Source: a virus
Taxonomy: Duplodnaviria > Heunggongvirae > Uroviricota > Caudoviricetes
Strand: one strand, 5' to 3'
Virus record (IMG/VR): IMGVR_UViG_2534681708_000006
Coordinates: 1-48,263 of that record
Length of the DNA: 48,263 nt
In this document: positions 1 to 9,427 of the stretch, in pieces
How the letters are laid out: each line of letters begins with the position of its first letter
Numbering within the stretch: the stretch's first letter is position 1
The notes under the pieces: model-generated
The model's input: only the letters and a program-made list of their open reading frames with translations
What the model was told of the DNA's origin: nothing
The model's database searches: none
Made by a program: the position numbers and the translations under genes

Positions 1-1236
1 CTACGATAACCGCGCATTCAACATAGCTACCTGTTCGTCGTTCATGTCATCAATCCACATACCGTAAATTTCATACACCATCTGCGCAGTTTCATGCCCC
101 ATCTGGCTGGCTATAAATGCCGGGTTCGCTCCTGCCGTCAACAGCCAGCAGGCAAAAGTATGTCGCGTATGGTACGGATTACGGCGGCGAATACCAGCAC
201 GTTTTACTGCTGCATTCCATCTTGCACCCAAACTGCTTACCGAGTAATAAGGTTTCTGTTTTCCGTTACACACTCTGGGCATGAAAACAAAATGCAGTTT
301 TTGCTTTTCGGTTCTGCCGTACTCCCGATGATAAAAAGTGATTTCGCTTTTGCGATGATGCCCGGTCAGTTTGTATTGCTCCTTCAGTGCTTCAAGAGCA
401 GGCTGCAGTAGTGTTACCGTCCGGATCCCCGCATTTGTTTTTGGGGGACCGAACATATCAAGTATCGTCAGGTTTCTTCTGACATTCACAATTCCCTTCT
501 CGATATCCACATCCTCCCACGCCAGAGCAGCCAGTTCCCCGTGACGAAGCCCGGAGTAAACGGCAAATTTCCACAAGTTCTGGCTCTGTCCTTTTTCACT
601 TTCCATTAATGCATTGAATTCTGTTTTAGATAACGGGTCAGGCTTTATTCTGTTTCTCTGTAATTTTTTTACTCCTTCAAATGGTTTGGTTGATATAAAT
701 CCCGACTGATACGCAAAACGTAACAACGAACAGAGCAGAGCGATATAGTTATCAACTGTGCGCACGGTTCTTCCTTTTTTGTTGGATCTTGGATTATCCA
801 GGTAAAGCGTTTCTCCATGCAGCAGTTCATTCCGGTAGTTTAAGATATCGCTATAACGAATATGCGATATCGGGGTACTCTCACAAATTATTATCCTGAG
901 TGTTTTTAATTGTGATTTCGTTTTCTTCATTGTGTTTGTTGTTAACTCTGTTTCTTTAATTTTTGTCCAGATATCACAAAGCTCCCCGAACGTTTTTATG
1001 ACACTCGTTGTCACCATTTTTGCCCCAGTGCTGGACTGGGGAAAACGTCTTAAATACTCAAATTCACCGGAATTGATTTCATGAACTATCAACGCTCTTA
1101 AATTCCCGGCTTTTTTAATGTTACTGTTAGTAACCTCCCAGCCTTTCAATGTTTCCCGACATCGTTTTCCTCGAAACATGAACCAGATGCGAATGTATTT
1201 ACCTCGAATCTCGACACCTGTTGGTAATTTAGACAT
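1..1236 (-). CDS. int: Tyrosine recombinase / phage integrase (Rac-type)
   Basis: 411-aa ORF; C-terminal region has the R...HxxR...Y pattern of tyrosine recombinases (NPYHTRHTFACWLL...YEIYG); followed by an excisionase-like gene. Stop codon at 1..3. Confidence 0.9.
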   Translation of the reverse strand: MSKLPTGVEIRGKYIRIWFMFRGKRCRETLKGWEVTNSNIKKAGNLRALIVHEINSGEFEYLRRFPQSSTGAKMVTTSVIKTFGELCDIWTKIKETELTTNTMKKTKSQLKTLRIIICESTPISHIRYSDILNYRNELLHGETLYLDNPRSNKKGRTVRTVDNYIALLCSLLRFAYQSGFISTKPFEGVKKLQRNRIKPDPLSKTEFNALMESEKGQSQNLWKFAVYSGLRHGELAALAWEDVDIEKGIVNVRRNLTILDMFGPPKTNAGIRTVTLLQPALEALKEQYKLTGHHRKSEITFYHREYGRTEKQKLHFVFMPRVCNGKQKPYYSVSSLGARWNAAVKRAGIRRRNPYHTRHTFACWLLTAGANPAFIASQMGHETAQMVYEIYGMWIDDMNDEQVAMLNARLS

Positions 1237-1237
1237 A

Positions 1238-1477
1238 TCATGAGTCTTTGATAAACTGATTTATCTTTGGATAGTTGTACCAGATAATCCCTCGCTTACT
1301 GTCTGGCTTCCCTAAAGGAGATACTCGTTTGAAGTGGAAGCCTTCCACCCAACAGTTCTGGCGGTATGCTTCAATTTGTCTGGCCCCAAGTCCAGTGCGA
1401 AGCATCAGGCCGTATTCAACCATCCACTCTTCATTAAAGATTACTTGTGCCATCGCATCACCTCTGGCAGGCGCCAA
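1238..1477 (-). CDS. xis: Excisionase-like small DNA-binding protein (YdaQ/Xis-like)
   Basis: 79-aa ORF immediately upstream of int on the same strand; sequence recalled as Rac YdaQ-like. Confidence 0.6.
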   Translation of the reverse strand: MAPARGDAMAQVIFNEEWMVEYGLMLRTGLGARQIEAYRQNCWVEGFHFKRVSPLGKPDSKRGIIWYNYPKINQFIKDS

Positions 1478-1552
1478 TGTTAGACTGAAATTGACGCCCG
1501 ATGTTGATTATTAATAATCAGCTATGAAGTTTTAATTTGAATACAATGCAAT

Positions 1553-1741
1553 TCACGAGGACTGAAGTTTCTCGCAATTAAAATTTATCAGTTTTACTTT
1601 CTGCTCTCTGGAAACGCCTGCTTCTTTTTTACCTGAGAGCATTTTTTCGCATTCTGATTTGGTTAATTTTGTTTTTGAGTACCTTGTCCAGTTAGTAGGA
1701 GTGCCACCTTCCTTTTCAATAGTGGCAGTAATTTTATACAT
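1553..1741 (-). CDS. Small hypothetical protein (YdaC-like position)
   Basis: ORF-track frame 1553..1810; internal ATG (MYKITAT...) is preceded by GGAGGTG and overlaps the lar stop by 8 nt, so chosen as start. Confidence 0.4.
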   Translation of the reverse strand: MYKITATIEKEGGTPTNWTRYSKTKLTKSECEKMLSGKKEAGVSREQKVKLINFNCEKLQSS

Positions 1742-1928
1742 GAACACCTCCATTATTATTTCCAGTAGTTCGTTTATTCCATCTTTCGAGTGCTTCTTTT
1801 TCACTTCCACTATAGCCAGTTCGGGATTCGCATCCGTTACACTTTGCGCGGTAATATCCTGAAATGGCTTTCACCGTTACTGATGGACAACCACAAAACG
1901 GACATGGTTTGACTTTTTCATACCGCAT
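1734..1928 (-). CDS. ralR: Restriction alleviation protein, Lar family (zinc-ribbon CPFCGC...CNGC)
   Basis: 64-aa translation MRYEKVKPCPFCGC...KCNGCESRTGY with two CxxC pairs; position upstream of the recombination genes as in Rac. Start taken at second ATG of ORF 1734..1943. Confidence 0.65.
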   Translation of the reverse strand: MRYEKVKPCPFCGCPSVTVKAISGYYRAKCNGCESRTGYSGSEKEALERWNKRTTGNNNGGVHV

Positions 1929-1991
1929 TGTCTTTTCTCTCATAAAATAAAGTTTTGTTATGGCGGTGAGGCTACACCGCCATAGTAAATA

Positions 1992-3044
1992 TCAGGAGCC
2001 GATATATTCTGGTTTCATATCTGTCAGTGTCGTTTTATACGCCTCATATAATTCTCCCAGATGTGGTCGTGCAGCATTCAGCGTATTTTCCAGAGCAGTA
2101 AATTTTTGTTCTGCTTCTGGATCACCTGATGAAGGCAGGTCATTTATCATCTTCTCAATACGGGCAATAGCATTGAGACGGTGATGACGCTGAACCACTT
2201 TTCCTTTAAGTTCTGTGTAGAGAGCGCCAAGTGTATTTTTATGATCTTCCACTTCTTGGCGAAGTGCTGTTGTTTCTCCGGTGCTTTGTGCCTGCTCAAT
2301 ACGTTCACGGAAAGCACTGATCCAGTTTTCCCCGGCATCCTGCTCAATAATTGTTGTTTCACGTTCCGCACGGCAGGCGGATGTGTTTTTATGTTCCTGA
2401 ACCGGATTAATGATTTTTTCCTGTGGTTCGTCCAGTTCGTCCCGGGTGTACACTCCAAGAATCACTTCAGGGCAATAAAGGCGCGCCCAGCGTTTCAGAG
2501 CCAGATAGGCAAGCTGCTGGCGAGGATCATCGGCCCATAACGTTGAGTTACGTGTTCTGGCCTGCGCCAGAAGTAACTCCAGTACGCGTGGCTTGCTCTC
2601 TCCGCGTAGTGTTGCCTGGACGCGAACACCGATCCCGTTTTCATCGGCCAGCTTCCAGCCAGGTACACGATATTCTTTCCCCTTGTCGTTCTTCCTGATT
2701 TCAAATTTCCCGATAATTTTTTCCCACGGCCCGAACCAGTCATATTCAATACGCCCGGTTAGCGGCCCACGAGTACTGATTACGGCATTAACCAGTTGCG
2801 CTTCATATCCGAGCACACCATTCACAACGAAAGTTTTCTGAGCTACTGCGTAAGGGTTCATTTGCCACTGCATCGCCTGCATGGTGATGGCCATGCAGTC
2901 TGATGGATTTCCCCGGAGGTGTTCCGGTACAGTAGCCATGCCGGAAGCCATTACCTGGGAAAATGTCTGAATTGCAGCCAGGGACTGAGGGCTGAAAACC
3001 GCAACATTAGAGTTAATATTTTCTTGTTGAGTTAATTCGTTCAT
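1992..3044 (-). CDS. Single-strand annealing protein, RecT/Red-beta superfamily (partner of RecE-like exonuclease)
   Basis: 350 aa; segment QWQMNPYAVAQKTFVVNGVLGYEAQ resembles the Red-beta core QYGLNPWTKEIYAF..NGIVPVVGVDGW; sits directly downstream of the exonuclease gene. Confidence 0.55.
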   Translation of the reverse strand: MNELTQQENINSNVAVFSPQSLAAIQTFSQVMASGMATVPEHLRGNPSDCMAITMQAMQWQMNPYAVAQKTFVVNGVLGYEAQLVNAVISTRGPLTGRIEYDWFGPWEKIIGKFEIRKNDKGKEYRVPGWKLADENGIGVRVQATLRGESKPRVLELLLAQARTRNSTLWADDPRQQLAYLALKRWARLYCPEVILGVYTRDELDEPQEKIINPVQEHKNTSACRAERETTIIEQDAGENWISAFRERIEQAQSTGETTALRQEVEDHKNTLGALYTELKGKVVQRHHRLNAIARIEKMINDLPSSGDPEAEQKFTALENTLNAARPHLGELYEAYKTTLTDMKPEYIGS

Positions 3045-3055
3045 TGTGTCCTTCC

Positions 3056-6000
3056 TCAGATGCTCAGTGCTTCAAGACGACGAAGATCAAAGTCGTTTAA
3101 TTCGGCGGTATAACTTTCGGTAATCGGTGCTGGCCAGTTGTTTGTCTCCAGAGCTTCATTTATCTGTCGTAGCGTCCGGCGATATTCCTGTCGACCAAGT
3201 TCCAGGAGTTCCTGCGAGGCTTCCACGACGGCCACCCAGTGATAGCCAGCATCTTTGTTGACGAAGATCCAGAAAAATTTGTCCAGGTTTGCCACATCGC
3301 AATACATTGCTGCGCTGAGGTGATAATCACGCTCAATAATTTCACGGTGCAGGCGATCTTTCAGTCGTTCCTGTCGCACATAACCGAGGCTGACTGACTT
3401 CACGTCGGCGCAAATGCTTTCGTATGGCAGCCGGATTTCGATATCAGGACGGACCCTGATTTCCAGCCCGGTTTCTTCATCAAAACCGAAATAGCTGATT
3501 TCAGATTTGCGATCCGGGTGGTTGAGTAGCCTTGCTGCATCGGTATTGTTTTGCAGTGCAGCGTGAATATTTTTTGCCTGTTCATACATATCCGGACTGA
3601 TAAACGTTTTCCCGGCGTTTTCTTCTTGCTGGCGTTTTTGCCAGTCTTCCAGTGTCACCAGTTCCGGGCGAATTTTCCGTGCGATTTCGGTTAATTGCTC
3701 TTTTGTGCCACTGATGTTGTAAGGCAAAGATTTAGCACGTTCTTTTTTTGCCAGTTCTGGATCTACAGTTTCAATTTGCTCCAGAAGTTGCTCCCGTGAT
3801 CCACTGGTTTTCAACAGAGGAGGGAGGTTTGCGTTGTATTCTTTAATACAGGCTTTCATTGCTGATGCTGTGTGTTTTTCCCCCTCAGGAATACGCCGGA
3901 ATTCCTCCGGAAGCGAACCGTAAAGGATGCCCGTTTCTTCGGCCCCGGCACTTACCGACAGTGGCTGTATAAGAGTGCTGTTGTAGCTTTCGATCCACTC
4001 TTTCATCTGTTCTGGTGTCATCGGTGCTGGCAGACTGGCATTGTGTTTTTTAATGATGGCGATCAGTTCGTTAGAAGTAGTAACCACATATTCAGGAACC
4101 GGTACCGGAATGGCATACTCATCAGCGAATTTATCCGTTTCCAGAACATAGCTGTGAATAATCCGTCCACGCAGCAATGCATCACTTTCCTCGCCCGGAA
4201 TAGTTCCGGCAATGTGCCGTCCGTGGTAATACATCAGGCTGATGCGGGCATCCTTCAGCATTGTGCTGCTTATGCCGTTGGCGGAGTGATAAACCTCGTT
4301 CGGGAGGTTTTCATAGCGGCCAGGCTCGAAATATGACGGCCACATGATTTCAGTTGCTACATGAGCTGACGCTTCACCAGTTTCATCACTGCAATCGTGA
4401 TGCGGATGGTTGCCAGCGTTCTCCTTGTGCGGATGTTCAGCGCCTTCCATTTCCTCCGGATCATTTTCCTTAGCTTCAACCTGATTCTCTTCATCGAATG
4501 TTTCCTGGTATGTTGCGTCGCCCATTACCGCACCACAGTCAGGGCAGTTATCCCCGCCAGTCTGACCGCAGGCATTGCAGACTATTTCCGGTTTCTGTTG
4601 CACTACTGGCTCAGGTTGTTTCACATCCGGGCTGGTTTTTACAGTTTCTGGCGTGTTTTGTTCCGTTTCTGGCTGGTTCTGGTACACAGAGTCGCGAGTC
4701 TGGATCCCCTTTACCCATTTCGGATCGTTCGGGTCGCTAATCCCTTCAACGAACTCACCACGCGAGGCAGCCAGCAATTTGTCGGCATCGACAGGATTTT
4801 TTGATGGAATGTTTTTCCGGGCTTCATGGAGTTCTGCCCGCAGTTCCTGATATTTCGCATCAGCAGAATTTACCTGTGACTGAGCATCCAGCGGCTGCGT
4901 GTCCTGATGATGTTCAGTTGCATCCGGTTCCACTGTTTCAGCCGTTGCCTGTTCATCTGCCATTGCGCAAGATGGTTGCAGTTTTTCTTCATCATCCTGT
5001 TTTTCTTCTTCTGTTACACGCTGCGGCATCGGGGCAGAGGAACGACCGCAGGCAATATCCACGATTACCGGATCAGGGTTGGCATGATCAGTTTCAGTCA
5101 GTACTTTGTTCAGATATTCAGTGACGTGTGCGGGGATAACCTCGATCCCAATTGGTGCTTCTTTTACGGACGCAACCACGATGGCGCGGGAATAATCCAG
5201 CCCGCCAGGCATGGTGATGAATTTGTCGCGAAAAACAGAAAAGGGCGGTTTATTTTCAGCGATAATTTCCTCGACACGTTTAGCGTGTGCCGGATGAAGG
5301 TTATAAATGTCCACGTCCATTGAACGAGCCAGTACGCCAGTGGCTACGTCGCGCGCCAGTGACGTCAGATCGTGAACGAAACCTTCGCCGCGATCGGTGA
5401 GGTTCCCGCCGCCAGCATTAGCGCCGGAAGCTGTGCGCGTGATGCGTGAAACACGATTTCCTTTCATCCACTCTTTTGTCAGCAGACTGCGATCGGTGTA
5501 GTCTGCGTCCAGGCATGCTTCGAAAAAAGCAGTCATCAGCCCCAAGCTTGAATTGCCTGGATTAGGGAAAACGCTGTCAGTATCACGCACCAGTTTGTGG
5601 AGATCGCGAATTTCCAGTGGATCGAGCAGGCTGGTTTTGTGGGAAACAGCCAGGGCTGTAACAGCTGGTAGTTCCTCAGCCCGTGCAATGTGTAATGCCT
5701 GGAGTTCGTCGCGTGAAACGTGCGTTACCGGTTTTTCGCTGCCGTGTTGAGCAAGCCAGCGAATGGGAAGCTCCTGGCCAGAAATCGGGAGTAGCATATT
5801 CTCCTCAATCTCCGTCATGTCTTCGCCATTAACATTGGTATTGTCAGTGCTGGCTGGTTTGTCCTGCGCAGAGGGTGAGGGCGCGATAAATACCATTGTG
5901 ATGCCATCTTCCCCGCCTTTTTCGTAACGGTTGCAGAATTCCGTATCAAATACGCCTTCTGGCGGGAGGTCATCAACAACGGGCAAATTGACGCGAACAG

Positions 6001-6181
6001 GTTTTTTGAAGTCATCTTCATCGTATCCAGCATCGTCAATCGCAACAGCACCACGGGAGATGGCAATGGATAATTTTTTCGCTTCAGCCCAGTAAAAACC
6101 GCCTTTAATACCGAGACGTTTTCTTACTTTGTCATTTTTTGCTTCGTAATACAGTGGGTAAACTTGTTTGTCGGTGCTCAT
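3056..6181 (-). CDS. recE: RecE-like exodeoxyribonuclease VIII with divergent C-terminal PD-(D/E)xK nuclease domain
   Basis: 1041 aa; N-terminal ~600 aa match my memory of E. coli RecE ([40 protein letters not shown]...); C-terminal part differs but keeps a D...E.K nuclease pattern (RPDIEI...ADVKSV). Confidence 0.8.
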   Translation of the reverse strand: MSTDKQVYPLYYEAKNDKVRKRLGIKGGFYWAEAKKLSIAISRGAVAIDDAGYDEDDFKKPVRVNLPVVDDLPPEGVFDTEFCNRYEKGGEDGITMVFIAPSPSAQDKPASTDNTNVNGEDMTEIEENMLLPISGQELPIRWLAQHGSEKPVTHVSRDELQALHIARAEELPAVTALAVSHKTSLLDPLEIRDLHKLVRDTDSVFPNPGNSSLGLMTAFFEACLDADYTDRSLLTKEWMKGNRVSRITRTASGANAGGGNLTDRGEGFVHDLTSLARDVATGVLARSMDVDIYNLHPAHAKRVEEIIAENKPPFSVFRDKFITMPGGLDYSRAIVVASVKEAPIGIEVIPAHVTEYLNKVLTETDHANPDPVIVDIACGRSSAPMPQRVTEEEKQDDEEKLQPSCAMADEQATAETVEPDATEHHQDTQPLDAQSQVNSADAKYQELRAELHEARKNIPSKNPVDADKLLAASRGEFVEGISDPNDPKWVKGIQTRDSVYQNQPETEQNTPETVKTSPDVKQPEPVVQQKPEIVCNACGQTGGDNCPDCGAVMGDATYQETFDEENQVEAKENDPEEMEGAEHPHKENAGNHPHHDCSDETGEASAHVATEIMWPSYFEPGRYENLPNEVYHSANGISSTMLKDARISLMYYHGRHIAGTIPGEESDALLRGRIIHSYVLETDKFADEYAIPVPVPEYVVTTSNELIAIIKKHNASLPAPMTPEQMKEWIESYNSTLIQPLSVSAGAEETGILYGSLPEEFRRIPEGEKHTASAMKACIKEYNANLPPLLKTSGSREQLLEQIETVDPELAKKERAKSLPYNISGTKEQLTEIARKIRPELVTLEDWQKRQQEENAGKTFISPDMYEQAKNIHAALQNNTDAARLLNHPDRKSEISYFGFDEETGLEIRVRPDIEIRLPYESICADVKSVSLGYVRQERLKDRLHREIIERDYHLSAAMYCDVANLDKFFWIFVNKDAGYHWVAVVEASQELLELGRQEYRRTLRQINEALETNNWPAPITESYTAELNDFDLRRLEALSI

Positions 6182-6204
6182 TGTTTTTTAACCTCAACTC
6201 ATAT

Positions 6205-6501
6205 TCAGTTTGCATAAAAGAAATGAACTGATGATGCGATGCCTGAGAGTTCTTTCTGTCGTTGATAACTGATGCCGTATTTCTTGTCAGCCTCTTCAAT
6301 ACGAGCTGCGAGTAATGCGACTTCTTTAATAGCACACACATAACAATCAAATGTTCCCAGAACGTAACCGCCATCAATAATTACCGTAACGTTTTCTTTT
6401 TGGGAAATCTGAATAAAACCATGTAATGTATTCCCACATTTGAATTCGGCGAGAGAATCGTTAATGACATTAAGTTCAATTTCACATTCAATAATGCTCA
6501 T
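6205..6501 (-). CDS. Hypothetical protein (RacC position)
   Basis: ORF 6205..6549; start set at internal ATG (MSIIECE...) preceded by GGAAACAG; no recognisable motif. Confidence 0.4.
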   Translation of the reverse strand: MSIIECEIELNVINDSLAEFKCGNTLHGFIQISQKENVTVIIDGGYVLGTFDCYVCAIKEVALLAARIEEADKKYGISYQRQKELSGIASSVHFFYAN

Positions 6502-6575
6502 TTCTGTTTCCTTTTTTAAGATTGAGTGAATCCCTGCCATTGCTGGCATAAATTCAGTTTCGAATAGTCAGTTAA

Positions 6576-6752
6576 TTAAAGTTCGTGTGCCATCTGGTCT
6601 TTTTCGGCACAAGCTTCACTGCAATATTTTCTCGGTTCGTCTTTTGATAAAGTCCCGTGCATGAAGTGAAGCATTCTTTCAATAGCTTTGCTTTCTTCAA
6701 CGTCTTTTTTGCAAAGGTGGTAAGCACATTTTATTTTCTTATCTATCACCAT
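6576..6752 (-). CDS. Small zinc-binding protein (YdaE-like), 58 aa
   Basis: Below the 60-aa cutoff of the ORF track; hand-translated as [58 protein letters not shown] with paired Cys; start overlaps the kilR stop. Confidence 0.45.
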   Translation of the reverse strand: MVIDKKIKCAYHLCKKDVEESKAIERMLHFMHGTLSKDEPRKYCSEACAEKDQMAHEL

Positions 6753-6967
6753 GACTCTGCTTTTACAGGTAAACCATCACGACCGAGGAAGACTTTAATC
6801 ATGCGGTCAGAAATGCATGTTTTTGTAGTCAGGCTCCGAATATAAAGTTTTCGCTTTTTAATATTGTTTGCCGAGGCGATATATGTCCGACCTTCATGAA
6901 GAACATAATCGCCAGGGGTCACACACTGACGTGGTATTTCATCAGTTCCGAAGTGATGAGCAATCAT
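6746..6967 (-). CDS. kilR: KilR-like cell-division (FtsZ) inhibitor
   Basis: 73-aa product from internal ATG ([21 protein letters not shown]...) with GGAGAT RBS; recalled as Rac KilR; position between recE and the immunity region. Confidence 0.6.
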   Translation of the reverse strand: MIAHHFGTDEIPRQCVTPGDYVLHEGRTYIASANNIKKRKLYIRSLTTKTCISDRMIKVFLGRDGLPVKAESW

Positions 6968-7302
6968 AATTATCTCCATTTTTACAAATGAATTTTGTCG
7001 ATGCGGTGCCTGGTGCCTCCAGGTGACGTTAACCAGTTAACAATTAACGCCGGATAATCCACCCATAACACTGATGCTTTTAACTGTGCCGCGTGCGCTT
7101 AGCCGCATTCACCGCATCACAAAATTCACTTTAAAAAGGGCAGACATCAGTCGTACTTCAAGAAAAAACTGATGCCGCCAAGACTACACACAGCAGTGTT
7201 GTTATTCACAACCGGAGGCGCACTCCCACCATTTAAATTTCACAGACAAGACCGACTCTTTATGGATACCGGAAATGCGCCTTCGTGTTGTATGCCTGTC
7301 TT

Positions 7303-7330
7303 TTTACCACTTCAGGCTCGGTGGTATACT
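7303..7330 (+). promoter_or_regulatory. Candidate sigma-70 promoter (TTTACC -N16- TATACT) for the plus-strand small gene
   Basis: Hexamers read directly about 35 nt upstream of ATG 7363; coordinates approximate. Confidence 0.35.
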
Positions 7331-7362
7331 GGAGTTCTCACACAACCAGTAAGGAATTGCTT

Positions 7363-7596
7363 ATGCCTATTCAATCTCAACACAAAAATATTGATTATCT
7401 TTCCGCCAGATTAGAGGCTACCACGCTTGTTCTTGAAGAATTTGTTAAACTTCTTACGCCAGAGCAGCGTGAAAAACTGAATCTGGCAATTGCCGGGCGT
7501 TGTCCGGGCGTGAAAAATGCGTCTCTCAGGAATAGAAATTCTCCCGCATATCAATTATTACAGTTCATCAATGATGGCGTCCGCAGCAGCGATTAA
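7363..7596 (+). CDS. Small hypothetical protein (77 aa), convergent with the early-left operon
   Basis: ATG with AGGA RBS inside ORF 7285..7596; occupies the slot where Rac/lambda carry sieB; soluble, no TM segment, so not SieB itself. Confidence 0.4.
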   Translation: MPIQSQHKNIDYLSARLEATTLVLEEFVKLLTPEQREKLNLAIAGRCPGVKNASLRNRNSPAYQLLQFINDGVRSSD

Positions 7597-7863
7597 TTTT
7601 TCTAATGCCTCTTCGACATGATAATTGTATGGTTGTAGTGACCTGACATCTGTAATTGCATTAGCCAGGATTCGTGCCATTACGGCTGGTGCGATTTTTT
7701 TTGCTACTGATACCCGGCTGGCGAGTTCCAGTGCGAGACGTGCCTGCCTTGGAGTTAGCTCTCTCTCCTTTGCCATTGTTGATGCTTGTACAGACAATTC
7801 ATACGCCAGGCAAAATACAGCATTATTCGTTTCTGGCGGGTCAATACTCTGAGTAAATGTCAT
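7558..7863 (-). CDS. Hypothetical protein, first gene of the leftward early operon
   Basis: 101 aa; strong RBS AAGGGGAGAG; immediately downstream of a TTGACT-N17-TAATAT promoter. Confidence 0.5.
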   Translation of the reverse strand: MTFTQSIDPPETNNAVFCLAYELSVQASTMAKERELTPRQARLALELASRVSVAKKIAPAVMARILANAITDVRSLQPYNYHVEEALEKLIAAADAIIDEL

Positions 7864-7930
7864 CTTATCTCTCCCCTTAACGCCGGGTGGCGGAACTAAA
7901 ACCTACAGCGCCGTGCTGTTCTTGATAGAA

Positions 7931-7959
7931 ATATTAGTAATACGGATATTTCAAGTCAA
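7931..7959 (-). promoter_or_regulatory. pL-like early-left promoter (TTGACT -N17- TAATAT on minus strand)
   Basis: Near-consensus -35/-10 with 17-nt spacer upstream of gene 7558..7863. Confidence 0.5.
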
Positions 7960-8056
7960 CAGTGTGACGTATGATGTTTTTGATTTGGTAACTAAGTAAA
8001 TGTTTTTTCAAGGGAAAAATATTAGTTATACAGCTGATTTGCAGAAGTTATGGCAC

Positions 8057-8087
8057 AAAAAAACCGACTAAGACGTCGGTTTTTTTT
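8057..8087. terminator. Bidirectional intrinsic terminator (A7 - CCGAC/GTCGG hairpin - T8)
   Basis: Short GC stem flanked by an A-run and a T-run, just downstream of the racR stop. Confidence 0.5.
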
Positions 8088-8113
8088 GTTGTGGATTGGG
8101 TAGTGAGCGGTGG

Positions 8114-8575
8114 CTACTGGTTGCGTTTCTTTAGTGCCAGCATGTTCTCGAAGGCTTCCTCGTAGAGCTTGTTTAGTCCACGTAGCTGGTTAAGGAGTTT
8201 GGCTTTTTCTGACGCAGGTAGAATCTCGAAGAGGTTAAGTAACTCTGCCTGTTCTTCATTGACCAGCCTCCATCCTTTGCCTGAAAAGCTATCATCATAA
8301 GTATCTGATGATCTTACATAATTCATTAAGTCTTTAAGGTCTTCTCGAATGTCCTCTGGTTTTACCTTTAACAGAGCCGCAAATTTTAGCGCAGCGTCGG
8401 TATTTACCGGTATCTTGCCGTTCAGATACTGACTAACGGTGCCTTGAGATTCGAATCCCAACAACTCAGCCGCCAGCTCTTGAGTCAGCTTCAGCTCTTT
8501 TTTTCTTGCATTCCATGCGGCTTTTAAATTCTTGCTCGCTTCTGGAGTTGCAATCACGTCACGTGTTTTTTTCAT
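8114..8575 (-). CDS. racR: RacR-like prophage repressor (N-terminal HTH)
   Basis: 153 aa; HTH segment LTQELAAELLGFESQGTVSQYLNGK; divergent from a Cro-like gene. Confidence 0.8.
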   Translation of the reverse strand: MKKTRDVIATPEASKNLKAAWNARKKELKLTQELAAELLGFESQGTVSQYLNGKIPVNTDAALKFAALLKVKPEDIREDLKDLMNYVRSSDTYDDSFSGKGWRLVNEEQAELLNLFEILPASEKAKLLNQLRGLNKLYEEAFENMLALKKRNQ

Positions 8576-8581
8576 ACATAG

Positions 8582-8609
8582 AGTTTATTTGTTTTACCAA
8601 TATTATCAA
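8582..8609 (-). promoter_or_regulatory. pRM-like promoter for racR (TTGATA -N16- TAAACT), predicts leaderless racR mRNA
   Basis: -10 hexamer ends 6 nt before the racR ATG and no SD is present. Confidence 0.4.
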
Positions 8610-8632
8610 AGATAGTCTGACTATTGATCTTT
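8608..8632. promoter_or_regulatory. Candidate operator: palindrome ATAGTCTGACTAT within a longer imperfect inverted repeat (AAAGAT...ATCTTT)
   Basis: 13-bp perfect palindrome between/overlapping the divergent -35 elements. Confidence 0.4.
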
Positions 8633-8652
8633 AAAATTAGTGGGGCTAATAT
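8624..8652 (+). promoter_or_regulatory. pR-like promoter for ydaS/ydaT (TTGATC -N17- TAATAT)
   Basis: Read directly; about 30 nt upstream of the ydaS ATG. Confidence 0.5.
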
Positions 8653-8682
8653 TTACTCGAGACATAACGTAGAAGGTTGGCT

Positions 8683-8958
8683 ATGAACTTAAGAGACTAT
8701 TTAAAAGAGAAAAATATCACCCAGCTACAGTTTGGGAAGCTAACGGGTTTATCTCAGGTGCATGTAAGTCGAGTGCTGGGGGGCTATGAAAGATTCAGCC
8801 CTGAAAAAGCATTACGTGTTGCTGAAGTAACGAATTTCGAGGTTACACCTCATGAACTCCGGCCTGATATCTACCCGAATCCGACCGATGGTTTACCTGT
8901 TGGATGTAAGGCTAACACACAAAATGCACAGGAGTTGATTCATGAAAATCAGGCATGA
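8683..8958 (+). CDS. ydaS: Cro-like HTH protein (YdaS family)
   Basis: 91 aa from ATG with AAGG RBS; HTH ITQLQFGKLTGLSQVHVSRVL; divergent from repressor. Confidence 0.7.
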   Translation: MNLRDYLKEKNITQLQFGKLTGLSQVHVSRVLGGYERFSPEKALRVAEVTNFEVTPHELRPDIYPNPTDGLPVGCKANTQNAQELIHENQA

Positions 8959-9364
8959 GCACATTGAATCAGTGCTGTTAGCCCTGGCCGCTGAAAAAGG
9001 GCAGGCATGGGTAGCCAATGCAATTACTGAAGAATATCTGCGCCAGGGGGGCGGCGAATTGCCCCTGGTACCAGGCAAGGACTGGAACAATCATCAGAAT
9101 ATCTATCACCGTTGGTTGAAAGGTGAAACGAAAGCGCAAAGGGAAAAAATTCAGAAACTGATCCCTGCGGTTCTGGCAATTCTTCCGCGCGAGCTGCGTC
9201 ACCGACTCTGCATCTTCGATACCCTGGAACGCCGTGCATTACTGGCGGCGCAGGAAGCGTTGAGTACGGCAATTGATGCGCATGATGACGCAGTCCAGGC
9301 CGTTTACCGTAAAGCGCATTTCAGCGGCGGCGGGTCTTCCGACGATTCTTTCATTGTTCATTAA
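8942..9364 (+). CDS. ydaT: YdaT-like protein (Rac prophage YdaS/YdaT module)
   Basis: 140 aa, MKIRHEHIESVLLALAAEKGQAWVANAITEEYL...; start overlaps ydaS end; GGAG RBS. Confidence 0.7.
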   Translation: MKIRHEHIESVLLALAAEKGQAWVANAITEEYLRQGGGELPLVPGKDWNNHQNIYHRWLKGETKAQREKIQKLIPAVLAILPRELRHRLCIFDTLERRALLAAQEALSTAIDAHDDAVQAVYRKAHFSGGGSSDDSFIVH

Positions 9365-9427
9365 GCAAAAGTTTCCATGCTGTTTGTGCTTATTGTAAGC
9401 CACCGGGCAGCATCATACGGGGCAATT

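Noticed and set aside
94-411. 105-aa plus-strand ORF inside the integrase gene
   Set aside because: Antisense to the integrase; no support.
3872-5323. Several plus-strand ORFs (154, 135, 138 aa) inside recE
   Set aside because: Antisense to the RecE-like gene with strong homology support; low-complexity translations.
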